Source: Eledone cirrhosa (lineage: Eukaryota). From it: DNA of 64,000 nt. The stretch is taken from assembly GCA_964016885.1 (NCBI GenBank), contig OZ024740.1, positions 319,734,001-319,798,000 of the forward strand, read 5' to 3'. Below, piece after piece: positions 1-15,000 of the stretch. Position 1 is the first letter of the stretch; each line of letters starts with the position of its first letter. The notes under the pieces were generated by a model, which was not told the DNA's origin, did no database searches, and was given only the letters and a program-made list of their open reading frames with translations. The translations under genes were made by a program, and so were the position numbers.

Positions 1-3000
1 GCAGTGACGGCGGTGACTGTGGTGGTGTTGATGGCAGTGACGGCGGTGAGTGTGGTGGTGTTGATGGCAGTGACGGCGGTGAGTGTGGTGTTCTTGATGG
101 CAGTGACGGCGGTGACTGTGGTGGTGTTGATGGCAGTGACGGCGGTGAGTGTGGTGGTGTTGATAGCAGTGACGGCGGTGACTGTGGTGGTGTTGATGGC
201 AGTGACGGCGGTGAGTGTGGTGGTGTTGATCGCAGTGACGGCGGTGACTGTGGTGGTGTTGATGGCAGTGACGGCGGTGAGTGTGGTGGTGTTGATGGCA
301 GTGACGGCGGTGAGTGTGGTGTTGTTGATGGCAGTGACGGCGGTGACTGTGGTGGTGTTGATGGCAGTGACGACGGTGAGTGTGGTGGTGTTGATAGCAG
401 TGACGGCGGTGACTGTGGTGGTGTTGATGGCAGTGACGGCGGTGAGTGTGGTGGTGTTGATGGCAGTGACGGCGGTGACTGTGGTTGGTGTTGATGGCAG
501 TGACGGCGGTGACTGTGGTGGTGTTGATGGCAGTGACGGCGGTGAGTGTGATGGTGTTGATGGCAGTGACGGCGGTGACTGTGGTGGTGTTGATGGCAGT
601 GACGGAGGTGACTGTGGTGGTGTTGATGGCAGTGACGGCGGTGACTGTGGTGGCGTTGATGGCAGTGACGGCGGTGAGTGTGGTGGTGTTGATGGCAGTG
701 ACGGCGGTGACTGTGGTGGTTTTGATGGCAGTGACGGAGGTGGCTGTGGTGGTGTTGATGGCAGTGACGGCGGTGACTGTGGTGGTTTGATCGCAGTGAC
801 GGCGGTGAGTGTGGTGGTGTTGATGGCAGTGACGGCGGTGAGTGTGGTGTTGTTGATGGCAGTGACGGCGGTGACTGTGGTGGTGTTGATGGCAGTGACG
901 ACGGTGAGTGTGGTGGTGTTGATAGCAGTGACGGCGGTGACTGTGGTGGTGTTGATGGCAGTGACGGCGGTGAGTGTGGTGGTGTTGATGGCAGTGACGG
1001 CGGTGACTGTGGTGGTGTTGATGGCAGTGACGGCGGTGACTGTGGTGGTGTTGATGGCAGTGACGGCGGTGAGTGTGATGGTGTTGATGGCAGTGACGGC
1101 GGTGACTGTGGTGGTGTTGATGGCAGTGGCGGCGGTGACTGTGGTGGTGTTGATGGCAGTGACGGCGGTGACTGTGGTGGCGTTGATGGCAGTGACGGCG
1201 GTGAGTGTGGTGGTGTTGATGGCAGTGACGGCGGTGACTGTGGTGGCTTTGATGGCAGTGACGGCGGTGACTGTGGTGGTGTTGATCGCAGTGACGGCGG
1301 TGAGTGTGGTGGTGTTGATGGCAGTGACGTCGGTGACTGTGGTGGTGTTGATGGCAGTGACGGCGGTGATTGTGGTGGTGTTGATCGCAGTGACGGCGGT
1401 GAGTGTGGTGGTGTTGATGGCAGTGACGGCGGTGAGTGTGGTGGTGTTGATGGCAGTGACGGCGGTGACCGTGGTGGTGTTGATGGCAGTGACGGCGGTG
1501 ACTGTGGTGGTGTTGATGGCAGTGACGGCGGTGAGTGTGGTGGTGTTGATGGCAGTGACGGCGGTGACTGTGGTGGTGTTGATGGCAGTGACGGCGGTGA
1601 CCGTGGTGGTGTTGATGGCAGTGACGGGGGTGAGTGTGGTGGTGTTGATGGCAGTAACGGCGGCGATTGTGGTGGTGTTGATGGCAGTGACGGCGGTGAC
1701 TGTGGTGGTGTTGATGGCAGTGACGGCGGTGAGTGTGGTGGTGTTGATGGCAGTGACGGCCGTGACTGTGGTGGTGTTGATGGCAGTGACGGCGGTGACT
1801 GTGGTGGTTTTGATGGCAGTGACGGCGGTGACTGTGGTGGTGTTGATGGCAGTGACGGCGGTGAGTGTGGTGGTGTTGATGGCAGTGACGGCGGTGACTG
1901 TGGTGGTGTTGATGGCAGTGACGGCGGTGACTGTGGTGGTGTTGATGGCAGTGACGGCGGTGAGTGTGGTGGTGTTGATGGCAGTGACGGCGGTGAGTGT
2001 GGTGGTGTTGATGGCAGTGACGGCGGTGACTGTGGTGGTGTTGATGGCAGTGACGGCGGTGAGTGTGGTGGTGTTGATGGCAGTGACGGCGGTGAGTGTG
2101 GTGGTGTTGATGGCAGTGACGGCGGTGAGTGTGGTGTTGTTGATGGCAGTGACGGCGGTGACTGTGGTGGTGTTGATGGCAGTGACGACGGTGAGTCTGG
2201 TGGTGTTGATGGCAGTGACGGCGGTGACTGTGGTGGTGTTGATGGCAGTGACGGCGGTCGGTGAGGTGGTGTTGATGGCAGTGACGGCGGTGGGTGTGGT
2301 GGTGTTGATGGCAGTGACGGCGGTGAGTGTGGTGGTGTTGATGGCAGTGACGGCGGTGACTGTGGTGGTGCTGATGGCAGTGACGGCGGTGACTGTGGTG
2401 GTGGTGTTGATGGCAGTGACGGCGGTGAGTGTGGTGTTGTTGATCGGAGTGACGGCGGTGAGTGTGGTGGTGTTGATGGCAGTGACGGCGGTGAGTATGG
2501 TGGGTTTGATGGCAGTGACGGCGGTGAGTGTGATGGTGTTGGTCGCAGTGACGGCGGTGAGTGTGATGGTGTTGATGGCAGTGACGGCAGTGAGTGTGGT
2601 GGTGTTGATGGCAGTGACGGCGGTGACTGTTGTGGTGTTGATGGCAGTGACGGCGGTGACTGTGGTGGTGTTGATCGCAGTGACGGCGGTGACTGTGGTG
2701 GTGTTGATGGCAGTGACGGCGGTGACTGTGGTGGTGTTGATGGCAGTGACGGCGGTGCGTGTGGTGGTGTTGATGGCAGTGACGGCGGTGACTGTGGTGG
2801 TGTTGATGGCAGTGACGGCGGTGACTATGGTGGTGTTGATCGCAGTGACGGCGATGACTGTGGTTTTTTTGATGGCAGTGACGGCGGTGACTGTGGTGGT
2901 GTTGATGGCAGTGACGGCGGTGCGTGTGGTGGTGTTGATGGCAGTGACGGCGGTGACTGTGGTGGTGTTGATCGCAGTGACGGCGGTGACTGTGGTGGTG

Positions 3001-6000
3001 TTGATGGCAGTGACGGCGGTGACTGTGGTGGTGTTGATGGCAGTGACGGCGGTGACTGTGGTGGTGGTGTTGATGGCAGTGACGGCGGTGAGTGTGGTGT
3101 TGTTGATCGGAGTGACGGCGGTGAGTGTGGTGGTGTTGATGGCAGTGACGGCGGTGACTGTGGTGGTGTTGATCGCAGTGACGGCGGTGAGTGTGATGGT
3201 GTTGGTCGCAGTGACGGCGGTGAGTGTGATGGTGTTGATGGCAGTGACGGCAGTGAGTGTGGTGGTGTTGATGGCAGTGACGGCGGTGACTGTGGTGGTG
3301 TTGATGGCAGTGACGGCGGTGACTGTGGTGGTGTTGATCGCAGTGACGGCGGTGACTGTGGTGGTGTTGATGGCAGTGACGGCGGTGAGTGTGGTGGTGT
3401 TGATGGCAGTGACGGCGGTGAGTGTGGTGGCGTTGATGGCAGTGACAGCGGTGACTGTGGTGGTGTTGATGGCAGTGACGGCGGTGACTGTGGTGGTGTT
3501 GATGGCAGTGACGGCGGTGACTGTGGTGGTGTTGATCGCAGTGACGGCGGTGACTGTGGTGGTGTTGATCGCAGTGACGGCGGTGACTGTGGTGGTGTTG
3601 ATGGCAGTGACGGCGGTGACTGTGGTGGTGTTGATGGCAGTGACGGCGGTGACTGTGGTGGTGTTGGTGGCAGTGACGGCGGTGACTGTGGTGGTGTTGA
3701 TGGCAGTGACGGCGGTGAGTGTGGTGGTGTTGATCGCAGTGACGGCGGTGAGTGTGGTGGTGTTGATGGCAGTGACGGCGGTGAGTGTGGTGGTGTTGAT
3801 GGCAGTGACGGCGGTGAGTGTGGTGGCGTTGATGGCAGTGACGGCGGTGACTGTGGTGGTGTTGATGGCAGTGACGGCGGTGACTGTGGTGGTGTTGATG
3901 GCAGTGACGGCGGTGAGTGTGATGGTGTTGATGGCAGTGACGGCGGTGACTGTGGTGGTGTTGATGGCAGTGACGGCGGTGACTGTGGTGGTGTTGATGG
4001 CAGTGACGGCGGTGACTGTGGTGGCGTTGATGGCAGTGACGGCGGTGAGTGTGGTGGTGTTGATGGCAGTGACGGCGGTGACTGTGGTGGTTTTGATGGC
4101 AGTGACGGAGGTGGCTGTGGTGGTGTTGATGGCAGTGACGGCGGTGACTGTGGTGGTGTTGATGGCAGTGACGGCGGTGAGTGTGGTGGTGTTGATGGCA
4201 GTGACGGCGGTGACTGAGGTGGTGTTGATGGCAGTGACGGCGGTGACCGTGGTGGTGTTGATGGCAGTGACGGGGGTGAGTGTGGTGGTGTTGATGGCAG
4301 TAACGGCGGCGACTGTGGTGGTGTTGATGGCAGTGACGGCGGTGACTGTGGTGGTGTTGATGGCAGTGACGGCGGTGAGTGTGGTGGTGTTGATGGCAGT
4401 GACGGCCGTGACTGTGGTGGTGTTGATGGCAGTGACGGCGGTGACTGTGGTCGTGTTGATGGCAGTGACGGCGGTGACTGTGGTGGTGTTGATGGCAGTG
4501 ACGGCGGTGAGTGTGGTGGTGTTGATGGCAGTGACGGCGGTGACTGTGGTGGTGTTGATGGCAGTGACGGCGGTGACTGTGGTGGTGTTGATGGCAGTGA
4601 CGGCGGTGAGTGTGGTGGTGTTGATGGCAGTGACGGCGGTGAGTGTGGTGGTGTTGATGGCAGTGACGGCGGTGACTGTGGTGGTGTTGATGGCAGTGAC
4701 GGCGGTGAGTGTGGTGGTGTTGATGGCAGTGACGGCGGTGAGTGTGGTGGTGTTGATGGCAGTGACGGCGGTGAGTGTGGTGATGTTGATGGCAGTGACG
4801 GCGGTGACTGTGGTGGTGTTGATGGCATTGACGACGGTGAGTCTGGTGGTGTTGATGGCAGTGACGGCGGTGACTGTGGTGGTGTTGATGGCAGTGACGG
4901 CGGTCGGTGAGGTGGTGTTGATGGCAGTGACGGCGGTGGTTGTGGTGGTGTTGATGGCAGTGACGGCGGTGAGTGTGGTGGTGTTGATGGCAGTGACGGC
5001 GGTGACTGTGGTGGTGCTGATGGCAGTGACGGCGGTGACTGTGGTGGTGGTGTTGATGGCAGTGACGGCGGTGAGTGTGGTGTTGTTGATCGGAGTGACG
5101 GCGGTGAGTGTGGTGGTGTTGATGGCAGTGACGGCGGTGAGTATGGTGGGTTTGATGGCAGTGACGGCGGTGAGTGTGATGGTGTTGGTCGCAGTGGCGG
5201 CGGTGAGTGTGATGGTGTTGATGGCAGTGACGGCAGTGAGTGTGGTGGTGTTGATGGCAGTGACGGCGGTGACTGTTGTGGTGTTGATGGCAGTGACGGC
5301 GGTGACTGTGGTGGTGTTGATCGCAGTGACGGCGGTGACTGTGGTGGTGTTGATGGCAGTGACGGCGGTGACTGTGGTGGTGTTGATGGCAGTGACGGCG
5401 GTGCGTGTGGTGGTGTTGATGGCAGTGACGGCGGTGACTGTGGTGGTGTTGATGGCAGTGACGGCGGTGACTATGGTGGTGTTGATCGCAGTGACGGCGA
5501 TGACTGTGGTTTTTTTGATGGCAGTGACGGCGGTGACTGTGGTGGTGTTGATGGCAGTGACGGCGGTGCGTGTGGTGGTGTTGATGGCAGTGACGGCGGT
5601 GACTGTGGTGGTGTTGATCGCAGTGACGGCGGTGACTGTGGTGGTGTTGATGGCAGTGACGGCGGTGACTGTGGTGGTGTTGATGGCAGTGACGGCGGTG
5701 ACTGTGGTGGTGGTGTTGATGGCAGTGACGGCGGTGAGTGTGGTGTTGTTGATCGGAGTGACGGCGGTGAGTGTGGTGGTGTTGATGGCAGTGACGGCGG
5801 TGACTGTGGTGGTGTTGATCGCAGTGACGGCGGTGAGTGTGATGGTGTTGGTCGCAGTGACGGCGGTGAGTGTGATGGTGTTGATGGCAGTGACGGCAGT
5901 GAGTGTGGTGGTGTTGATGGCAGTGACGGCGGTGACTGTGGTGGTGTTGATGGCAGTGACGGCGGTGACTGTGGTGGTGTTGATCGCAGTGACGGCGGTG

Positions 6001-9000
6001 ACTGTGGTGGTGTTGATGGCAGTGACGGCGGTGAGTGTGGTGGTGTTGATGGCAGTGACGGCGGTGAGTGTGGTGGCGTTGATGGCAGTGACAGCGGTGA
6101 CTGTGGTGGTGTTGATGGCAGTGACGGCGGTGACTGTGGTGGTGTTGATGGCAGTGACGGCGGTGACTGTGGTGGTGTTGATCGCAGTGACGGCGGTGAC
6201 TGTGGTGGTGTTGATCGCAGTGACGGCGGTGACTGTGGTGGTGTTGATGGCAGTGACGGCGGTGACTGTGGTGGTGTTGATGGCAGTGACGGCGGTGACT
6301 GTGGTGGTGTTGGTGGCAGTGACGGCGGTGACTGTGGTGGTGTTGATGGCAGTGACGGCGGTGAGTGTGGTGGTGTTGATCGCAGTGACGGCGGTGAGTG
6401 TGGTGGTGTTGATGGCAGTGACGGCGGTGAGTGTGGTGGTGTTGATGGCAGTGACGGCGGTGAGTGTGGTGGCGTTGATGGCAGTGACGGCGGTGACTGT
6501 GGTGGTGTTGATGGCAGTGACGGCGGTGACTGTGGTGGTGTTGATGGCAGTGACGGCGGTGAGTGTGGTGGTGTTGATGGCAGTGACGGCGGTGACTGTG
6601 GTGGTGTTGATGGCAGTGACGGCGGTGACTGTGGTGGCGTTGATGGCAGTGACGGCGGTGAGTGTGGTGGTGTTGATGGCAGTGACGGCGGTGACTGTGG
6701 TGGTTTTGATGGCAGTGACGGAGGTGGCTGTGGTGGTGTTGATGGCAGTGACGGCGGTGACTGTGGTGGTGTTGATGGCAGTGACGGCGGTGAGTGTGGT
6801 GGTCTTGATGGCAGTGACGGCGGTGACTGAGGTGGTGTTGATGGCAGTGACGGCGGTGACCGTGGTGGTGTTGATGGCAGTGACGGGGGTGAGTGTGGTG
6901 GTGTTGATGGCAGTAACGGCGGCGACTGTGGTGGTGTTGATGGCAGTGACGGCGGTGACTGTGGTGGTGTTGATGGCAGTGACGGCGGTGAGTGTGGTGG
7001 TGTTGATGGCAGTGACGGCCGTGACTGTGGTGGTGTTGATGGCAGTGACGGCGGTGACTGTGGTGGTGTTGATGGCAGTGACGGCGGTGACTGTGGTGGT
7101 GTTGATGGCAGTGACGGCGGTGAGTGTGGTGGTGTTGATGGCAGTGACGGCGGTGACTGTGGTGGTGTTGATGGCAGTGACGGCGGTGACTGTGGTGGTG
7201 TTGATGGCAGTGACGGCGGTGAGTGTGGTGGTGTTGATGGCAGTGACGTCGGTGAGTGTGGTGGTGTTGATGGCAGTGACGGCGGTGACTGTGGTGGTGT
7301 TGATGGCAGTGACGGCGGTGAGTGTGGTGGTGTTGATGGCAGTGACGGCGGTGAGTGTGGTGGTGTTGATGGCAGTGACGGCGGTGAGTGTGGTGATGTT
7401 GATGGCAGTGACGGCGGTGACTGTGGTGGTGTTGATGGCATTGACGACGGTGAGTCTGGTGGTGTTGATGGCAGTGACGGCGGTGACTGTGGTGGTGTTG
7501 ATGGCAGTGACGGCGGTCGGTGAGGTGGTGTTGATGGCAGTGACGGCGGTGGTTGTGGTGGTGTTGATGGCAGTGACGGCGGTGAGTGTGGTGGTGTTGA
7601 TGGCAGTGACGACGGTGACTGTGGTGGTGCTGATGGCAGTGACGGCGGTGACTGTGGTGGTGGTGTTGATGGCAGTGACGGCGGTGAGTGTGGTGTTGTT
7701 GATCGGAGTGACGGCGGTGAGTGTGGTGGTGTTGATGGCAGTGACGGCGGTGAGTATGGTGGGTTTGATGGCAGTGACGGCGGTGAGTGTGATGGTGTTG
7801 GTCGCAGTGGCGGCGGTGAGTGTGATGGTGTTGATGGCAGTGACGGCAGTGAGTGTGGTGGTGTTGATGGCAGTGACGGCGGTGACTGTTGTGGTGTTGA
7901 TGGCAGTGACGGCGGTGACTGTGGTGGTGTTGATCGCAGTGACGGCGGTGACTGTGGTGGTGTTGATGGCAGTGACGGCGGTGACTGTGGTGGTGTTGAT
8001 GGCAGTGACGGCGGTGCGTGTGGTGGTGTTGATGGCAGTGACGGCGGTGACTGTGGTGGTGTTGATGGCAGTGACGGCGGTGACTGTGGTGGTGTTGATC
8101 GCAGTGACGGCGGTGACTGTGGTTGTTTTGATGGCAGTGACGGCGGTGACTGTGGTGGTGTTGATGGCAGTGACGGCGGTGCGTGTGGTGGTGTTGATGG
8201 CAGTGACGGCGGTGACTGTGGTGGTGTTGATCGCAGTGACGGCGGTGACTGTGGTGGTGTTGATGGCAGTGACGGCGGTGAGTGTGGTGGTGTTGATGGC
8301 AGTGACGGCGGTGACTGTGGTGGTGTTGATGGCAGTGACGGCGGTGAGTGTGGTGGTGTTGATGGCAGTGACGGCGGTGACTGTGGTGGTGTTGATGGCA
8401 GTGACGGCGGTGAGTGTGGTGGTGTTGATGGCAGTGACGGCGGTGAGTGTGGTGGTGTTGATGGCAGTGACGGCGGTGACTGTGGGGGTGTTGATGGCAG
8501 TGACGGCGGTGAGTGTGGCGGTGTTGATGGCAGTGACGGCGGTGAGTGTGGTGGCGTTGATGGCAGTGACGGCGGTGACTGTGGTGGTGTTGATGGCAGT
8601 GACGGCGGTGAGTGTGGTGGTGTTGATGGCAGTGACGGCGGTGAGTGTGGTGGTGTTGATCGCAGTGACGGCGGTGATTGTGGTGGTGTTGATGGCAGTG
8701 ACGGCGGTGAGTGTGGTGGTGTTGATGGCAGTGACGGCGGTGAGTGTGGTGGTGTTGATGGCAGTTACGGCGGTGAGTGTGGTGGTGTTGGTCGCAGTGA
8801 CGGCGGTGAGTGTGGTGGTGTTGATCGCAGTGACGGCGGTGACTGTGGTGGTGTTGATGGCAGTGACGGCGGTGAGTGTGGTGGTGTTGATGGCAGTGAC
8901 GGCGGTGAGTGTGGTGGTGTTGGTCGCAGTGACGGCGGTGAGAGTGGTGGTGTTGATCGCAGTGACGGCGGTGATTGTGGTGGTGTTGATTGCAGTGACG

Positions 9001-12000
9001 GCGGTGAGTGTGATGGTGTTGATGGCAGTGACGGCGGTGACTGTGGTGGTGTGGATGGCAGTGACGGCGGTGAGTGTGGTGGTGTTGATGGCAGTGACGG
9101 CGGTGACTGTGGTGGTGTTGATGGCAGTGACGGCGGTGAGTGTGGTGGTGTTGATGGCAGTGACGGCGGTGAGTGTGGTGTTTTTGATGGCAGTGACGGC
9201 GGTGACTGTGGTGGTGTTGATGGCAGTGACGGCGGTGAGTGTGGTGGTGTTGATAGCAGTGACGGCGGTGACTGTGGTGGTGTTGATGTCAGTGACGGCG
9301 GTGAGTGTGGTGGTGTTGATCGCAGTGTCGGCGGTGACTGTGGTGGTGTTGATGGCAGTGACGGCGGTGAGTGTGGTGGTGTTGATGGCAGTGACGGCGG
9401 TGAGTGTGGTGTTGTTGATGGCAGTGACGGCGGTGACTGTGGTGGTGTTGATGGCAGTGACGACGGTGAGTGTGGTGGTGTTGATAGCAGTGACGGCGGT
9501 GACTGTGGTGGTGTTGATGGCAGTGACGGCGGTGAGTGTGGTGGTGTTGATGGCAGTGACGGCGGTGACTGTGGTGGTGTTGATGGCAGTGACGGCGGTG
9601 ACTGTCGTGGTGTTGATGGCAGTGACGGCGGTGAGTGTGATGGTGTTGATGGCAGTGACGGCGGTGACTGTGGTGGTGTTGATGGCAGTGACGGCGGTGA
9701 CTGTGGTGGTGTTGATGGCAGTGACGGCGGTGACTGGTGGCGTTGATGGCAGTGACGGCGGTGAGTGTGGTGGTGTTGATGGCAGTGACGGCGGTGACTG
9801 TGGTGGTTTTGATGGCAGTGACGGAGGTGGCTGTGGTGGTGTTGATGGCAGTGACGGCGGTGACTGTGGTGGTGTTGATCGCAGTGACGGCGGTGAGTGT
9901 GGTGGTGTTGATGGCAGTGACGGCGGTGAGTGTGGTGTTGTTGATGGCAGTGACGGCGGTGACTGTGGTGGTGTTGATGGCAGTGACGACGGTGAGTGTG
10001 GTGGTGTTGATAGCAGTGACGGCGGTGACTGTGGTGGTGTTGATGGCAGTGACGGCGGTGAGTGTGGTGGTGTTGATGGCAGTGACGGCGGTGACTGTGG
10101 TGGTGTTGATGGCAGTGACGGCGGTGACTGTGGAGGTGTTGATGGCAGTGACGGCGGTGAGTGTGATGGTGTTGATGGCAGTGACGGCGGTGACTGTGGT
10201 GGTGTTGATGGCAGTGGCGGCGGTGACTGTGGTGGTGTTGATGGCAGTGACGGCGGTGACTGTGGTGGCGTTGATGGCAGTGACGGCGGTGAGTGTGGTG
10301 GTGTTGATGGCAGTGACGGCGGTGACTGTGGTGGCTTTGATGGCAGTGACGGTGGTGAGTGTGATGGTGTTGGTCGCAGTGACGGCGGTGAGTGTGATGG
10401 TGTTGATGGCAGTGACGGTAGTGAGTGTGGTGGTGTTGATGGCAGTGACGGCGGTGACTGTTGTGGTGTTGATGGCAGTGACGGCGGTGACTGTGGTGGT
10501 GTTGATCGCAGTGACGGCGGTGACTGTGGTGGTGTTGATGGCAGTGACGGCGGTGACTGTGGTGGTGTTGATGGCAGTGACGGCGGTGCGTGTGGTGGTG
10601 TTGATGGCAGTGACGGCGGTGACTGTGGTGGTGTTGATGGCAGTGACGGCGGTGACTATGGTGGTGTTGATCGCAGTGACGGCGGTGACTGTGGTTGTTT
10701 TGATGGCAGTGACGGCGGTGACTGTGGTGGTGTTGATGGCAGTGACGGCGGTGCGTGTGGTGGTGTTGATGGCAGTGACGGCGGTGACTGTGGTGGTGTT
10801 GATCGCAGTGACGGCGGTGACTGTGGTGGTGTTGATGGCAGTGACGGCGGTGAGTGTGGTGGTGTTGATGGCAGTGACGGCGGTGACTGTGGTGGTGTTG
10901 ATGGCAGTGACGGCGGTGAGTGTGGTGGTGTTGATGGCAGTGACGGCGGTGACTGTGGTGGTGTTGATGGCAGTGACGGCGGTGAGTGTGGTGGTGTTGA
11001 TGGCAGTGACGGCGGTGAGTGTGGTGGTGTTGATGGCAGTGACGGCGGTGACTGTGGGGGTGTTGATGGCAGTGACGGCGGTGAGTGTGGCGGTGTTGAT
11101 GGCAGTGACGGCGGTGAGTGTGGTGGCGTTGATGGCAGTGACAGCGGTGACTGTGGTGGTGTTGATGGCAGTGACGGCGGTGACTGTGGTGGTGTTGATG
11201 GCAGTGACGGCGGTGACTGTGGTGGTGTTGATGGCAGTGACGGCGGTGACTGTGGTGGTGTTGATGGCAGTGACGGCGGTGACTGTGGTGGTGTTGATGG
11301 CAGTGACGGCGGTGAGTGTGGTGGTGTTGATGGCAGTGACGGCGGTGAGTGTGGTGGTGTTGATGGCAGTGACGGCGGTGAGTGTGGTGTTGTTGATGGC
11401 AGTGACGGCGGTGACTGTGGTGGTGTTGATGGCAGTGACGGCGGTGACTGTGGTGGTGTTGATGGCAGTGACGGCGGTGAGTGTGATGGTGTTGATGGCA
11501 GTGACGGCGGTGACTGTGGTGGTGTTGATGGCAGTGACGGCGGTGAGTGTGGTGGTGTTGATGGCAGTCGCGGCGGTGAGTGTGGTGGTGTTGATCGCAG
11601 TGACGGCGGTGAGTGTGGTGGTGTTGGTCGCAGTGACGGCGGTGAGTGTGGTGGTGTTGATGGCAGTGACGGCGGTGAGTGTGGTGGTGTTGATGGCAGT
11701 GACGGCGGTGAGTGTGGTGGTGTTGGTCGCAGTGACGGCGGTGAGTGTGGTGGTGTTGATCGCAGTGACGGCGGTGATTGTGGTGGTGTTGATGGCAGTG
11801 ACGGCGGTGAGTGTGGTGGTGTTGATGGCAGTGACGGCGGTGAGTGTGGTGGTGTTGATGGCAGTGACGGCGGTGAGTGTGGTGGTGTTGGTCGCAGTGA
11901 CGGCGGTGAGTGTGGTGGTGTTGATCGCAGTGACGGCGGTGACTGTGGTGGTGTTGATGGCAGTGACGGCGGTGAGTGTGGTGGTGTTGATGGCAGTGAC

Positions 12001-15000
12001 GGCGGTGAGTGTGGTGGTGTTGGTCGCAGTGACGGCGGTGAGTGTGGTGGTGTTGATGGCAGTGACGGCGGTGAGTGTGGTGGTGTTGATGGCAGTGACG
12101 GCGGTGAGTGTGGTGGTGTTGATGGCAGTGACGGCGGTGAGTGTGGTGGTGTTGATGGCAGTGACGGCGGTGAGTGTGGTGGTGTTGGTCGCAGTGACGG
12201 CGGTGAGTGTGGTGGTGTTGATCGCAGTGACGGCGGTGACTGTGGTGGTGTTGATGGCAGTGACGGCGGTGAGTGTGGTGGTGTTGATGGCAGTGACGGC
12301 GGTGAGTGTGGTGGTGTTGGTCGCAGTGACGGCGGTGAGTGTGGTGGTGTTGATCGCAGTGACGGCGGTGACTGTGGTGGTGTTGATGGCAGTGACGGCG
12401 GTGAGTGTGGTGGTGTTGATGGCAGTGACGGCGGTGACTGTCGTGGTGTTGATGGCAGTGACGGCGGTGACTGTGGTGGTGTTGATGGCAGTGACGGCGG
12501 TGAGTGTGATGGTGTTGATGGCAGTGACGGCGGTGACTGTGGTGGTGTTGATGGCAGTGGCGGCGGTGACTGTGGTGGTGTTGATGGCAGTGACGGCGGT
12601 GACTGTGGTGGCGTTGATGGCAGTGACGGCGGTGAGTGTGGTGGTGTTGATGGCAGTGACGGCGGTGACTGTGGTGGCTTTGATGGCAGTGACGGTGGTG
12701 AGTGTGATGGTGTTGGTCGCAGTGACGGCGGTGAGTGTGATGGTGTTGATGGCAGTGACGGTAGTGAGTGTGGTGGTGTTGATGGCAGTGACGGCGGTGA
12801 CTGTTGTGGTGTTGATGGCAGTGACGGCGGTGACTGTGGTGGTGTTGATCGCAGTGACGGCGGTGACTGTGGTGGTGTTGATGGCAGTGACGGCGGTGAC
12901 TGTGGTGGTGTTGATGGCAGTGACGGCGGTGCGTGTGGTGGTGTTGATGGCAGTGACGGCGGTGACTGTGGTGGTGTTGATGGCAGTGACGGCGGTGACT
13001 ATGGTGGTGTTGATCGCAGTGACGGCGGTGACTGTGGTTGTTTTGATGGCAGTGACGGCGGTGACTGTGGTGGTGTTGATGGCAGTGACGGCGGTGCGTG
13101 TGGTGGTGTTGATGGCAGTGACGGCGGTGACTGTGGTGGTGTTGATCGCAGTGACGGCGGTGACTGTGGTGGTGTTGATGGCAGTGACGGCGGTGAGTGT
13201 GGTGGTGTTGATGGCAGTGACGGCGGTGACTGTGGTGGTGTTGATGGCAGTGACGGCGGTGAGTGTGGTGGTGTTGATGGCAGTGACGGCGGTGACTGTG
13301 GTGGTGTTGATGGCAGTGACGGCGGTGAGTGTGGTGGTGTTGATGGCAGTGACGGCGGTGAGTGTGGTGGTGTTGATGGCAGTGACGGCGGTGACTGTGG
13401 GGGTGTTGATGGCAGTGACGGCGGTGAGTGTGGCGGTGTTGATGGCAGTGACGGCGGTGAGTGTGGTGGCGTTGATGGCAGTGACAGCGGTGACTGTGGT
13501 GGTGTTGATGGCAGTGACGGCGGTGACTGTGGTGGTGTTGATGGCAGTGACGGCGGTGACTGTGGTGGTGTTGATGGCAGTGACGGCGGTGACTGTGGTG
13601 GTGTTGATGGCAGTGACGGCGGTGACTGTGGTGGTGTTGATGGCAGTGACGGCGGTGAGTGTGGTGGTGTTGATGGCAGTGACGGCGGTGAGTGTGGTGT
13701 TGTTGATGGCAGTGACGGCGGTGACTGTGGTGGTGTTGATGGCAGTGACGGCGGTGACTGTGGTGGTGTTGATGGCAGTGACGGCGGTGACTGTGGTGGT
13801 GTTGATGGCAGTGACGACGGTGAGTGTGGTGGTGTTGATGGCAGTGACGGCGGTGACTGTGGTGGTGTTGATGGCAGTGACGGCGGTGAGTGTGGTGGTG
13901 TTGATGGCAGTGACGGCGGTGACTGTGGTGGTGTTGATGGCAGTGACGGCGGTGAGTGTGGTGTTGTTGATGGCAGTGACGACGGTGACTGTGGTGGTGT
14001 TGATGGCAGTGACGACGGTGAGTGTGGTGGTGTTGATGGCAGTGATGGCGGTGACTGTGGTGGTGTTGATGGCAGTGACGGCGGTGACTGTGGTGGTGTT
14101 GATGGCAGTGACGGCGGTGACTGTGGTGGTGTTGATCGCAGTGACGGCGGTCAGTGTGGTGGTGTTGATGGCAGTGACGGCGGTGACTGTGGTGGTGTTG
14201 ATGGCAGTGACGGCGGTGAGTGTGATGGTGTTGATGGCAGTGACGGCGGTGACTGTGGTGGTGTTGATGGCAGTGACGGCGGTGAGTGTGGTGGTGTTGA
14301 TGGCAGTCGCGGCGGTGAGTGTGGTGGTGTTGATCGCAGTGACGGCGGTGAGTGTGGTGGTGTTGGTCGCAGTGACGGCGGTGAGTGTGGTGGTGTTGAT
14401 GGCAGTGACGGCGGTGAGTGTGGTGGTGTTGATGGCAGTGACGGCGGTGAGTGTGGTGGTGTTGGTCGCAGTGACGGCGGTGAGTGTGGTGGTGTTGATC
14501 GCAGTGACGGCGGTGATTGTGGTGGTGTTGATGGCAGTGACGGCGGTGAGTGTGGTGGTGTTGATGGCAGTGACGGCGGTGAGTGTGGTGGTGTTGATGG
14601 CAGTGACGGCGGTGAGTGTGGTGGTGTTGGTCGCAGTGACGGCGGTGAGTGTGGTGGTGTTGATCGCAGTGACGGCGGTGACTGTGGTGGTGTTGATGGC
14701 AGTGACGGCGGTGAGTGTGGTGGTGTTGATGGCAGTGACGGCGGTGAGTGTGGTGGTGTTGGTCGCAGTGACGGCGGTGAGTGTGGTGGTGTTGATCGCA
14801 GTGACGGCGGTGATTGTGGTGGTGTTGATGGCAGTGACGGCGGTGAGTGTGATGGTGTTGATGGCAGTGACGGCGGTGACTGTGGTGGTGTGGATGGCAG
14901 CGACGGCGGTGAGTGTGGTGGTGTTGATGGCAGTGACGGCGGTGACTGTGGTGGTGTTGATGGCAGTGACGGCGGTGAGTGTGGTGGTGTTGATGGCAGT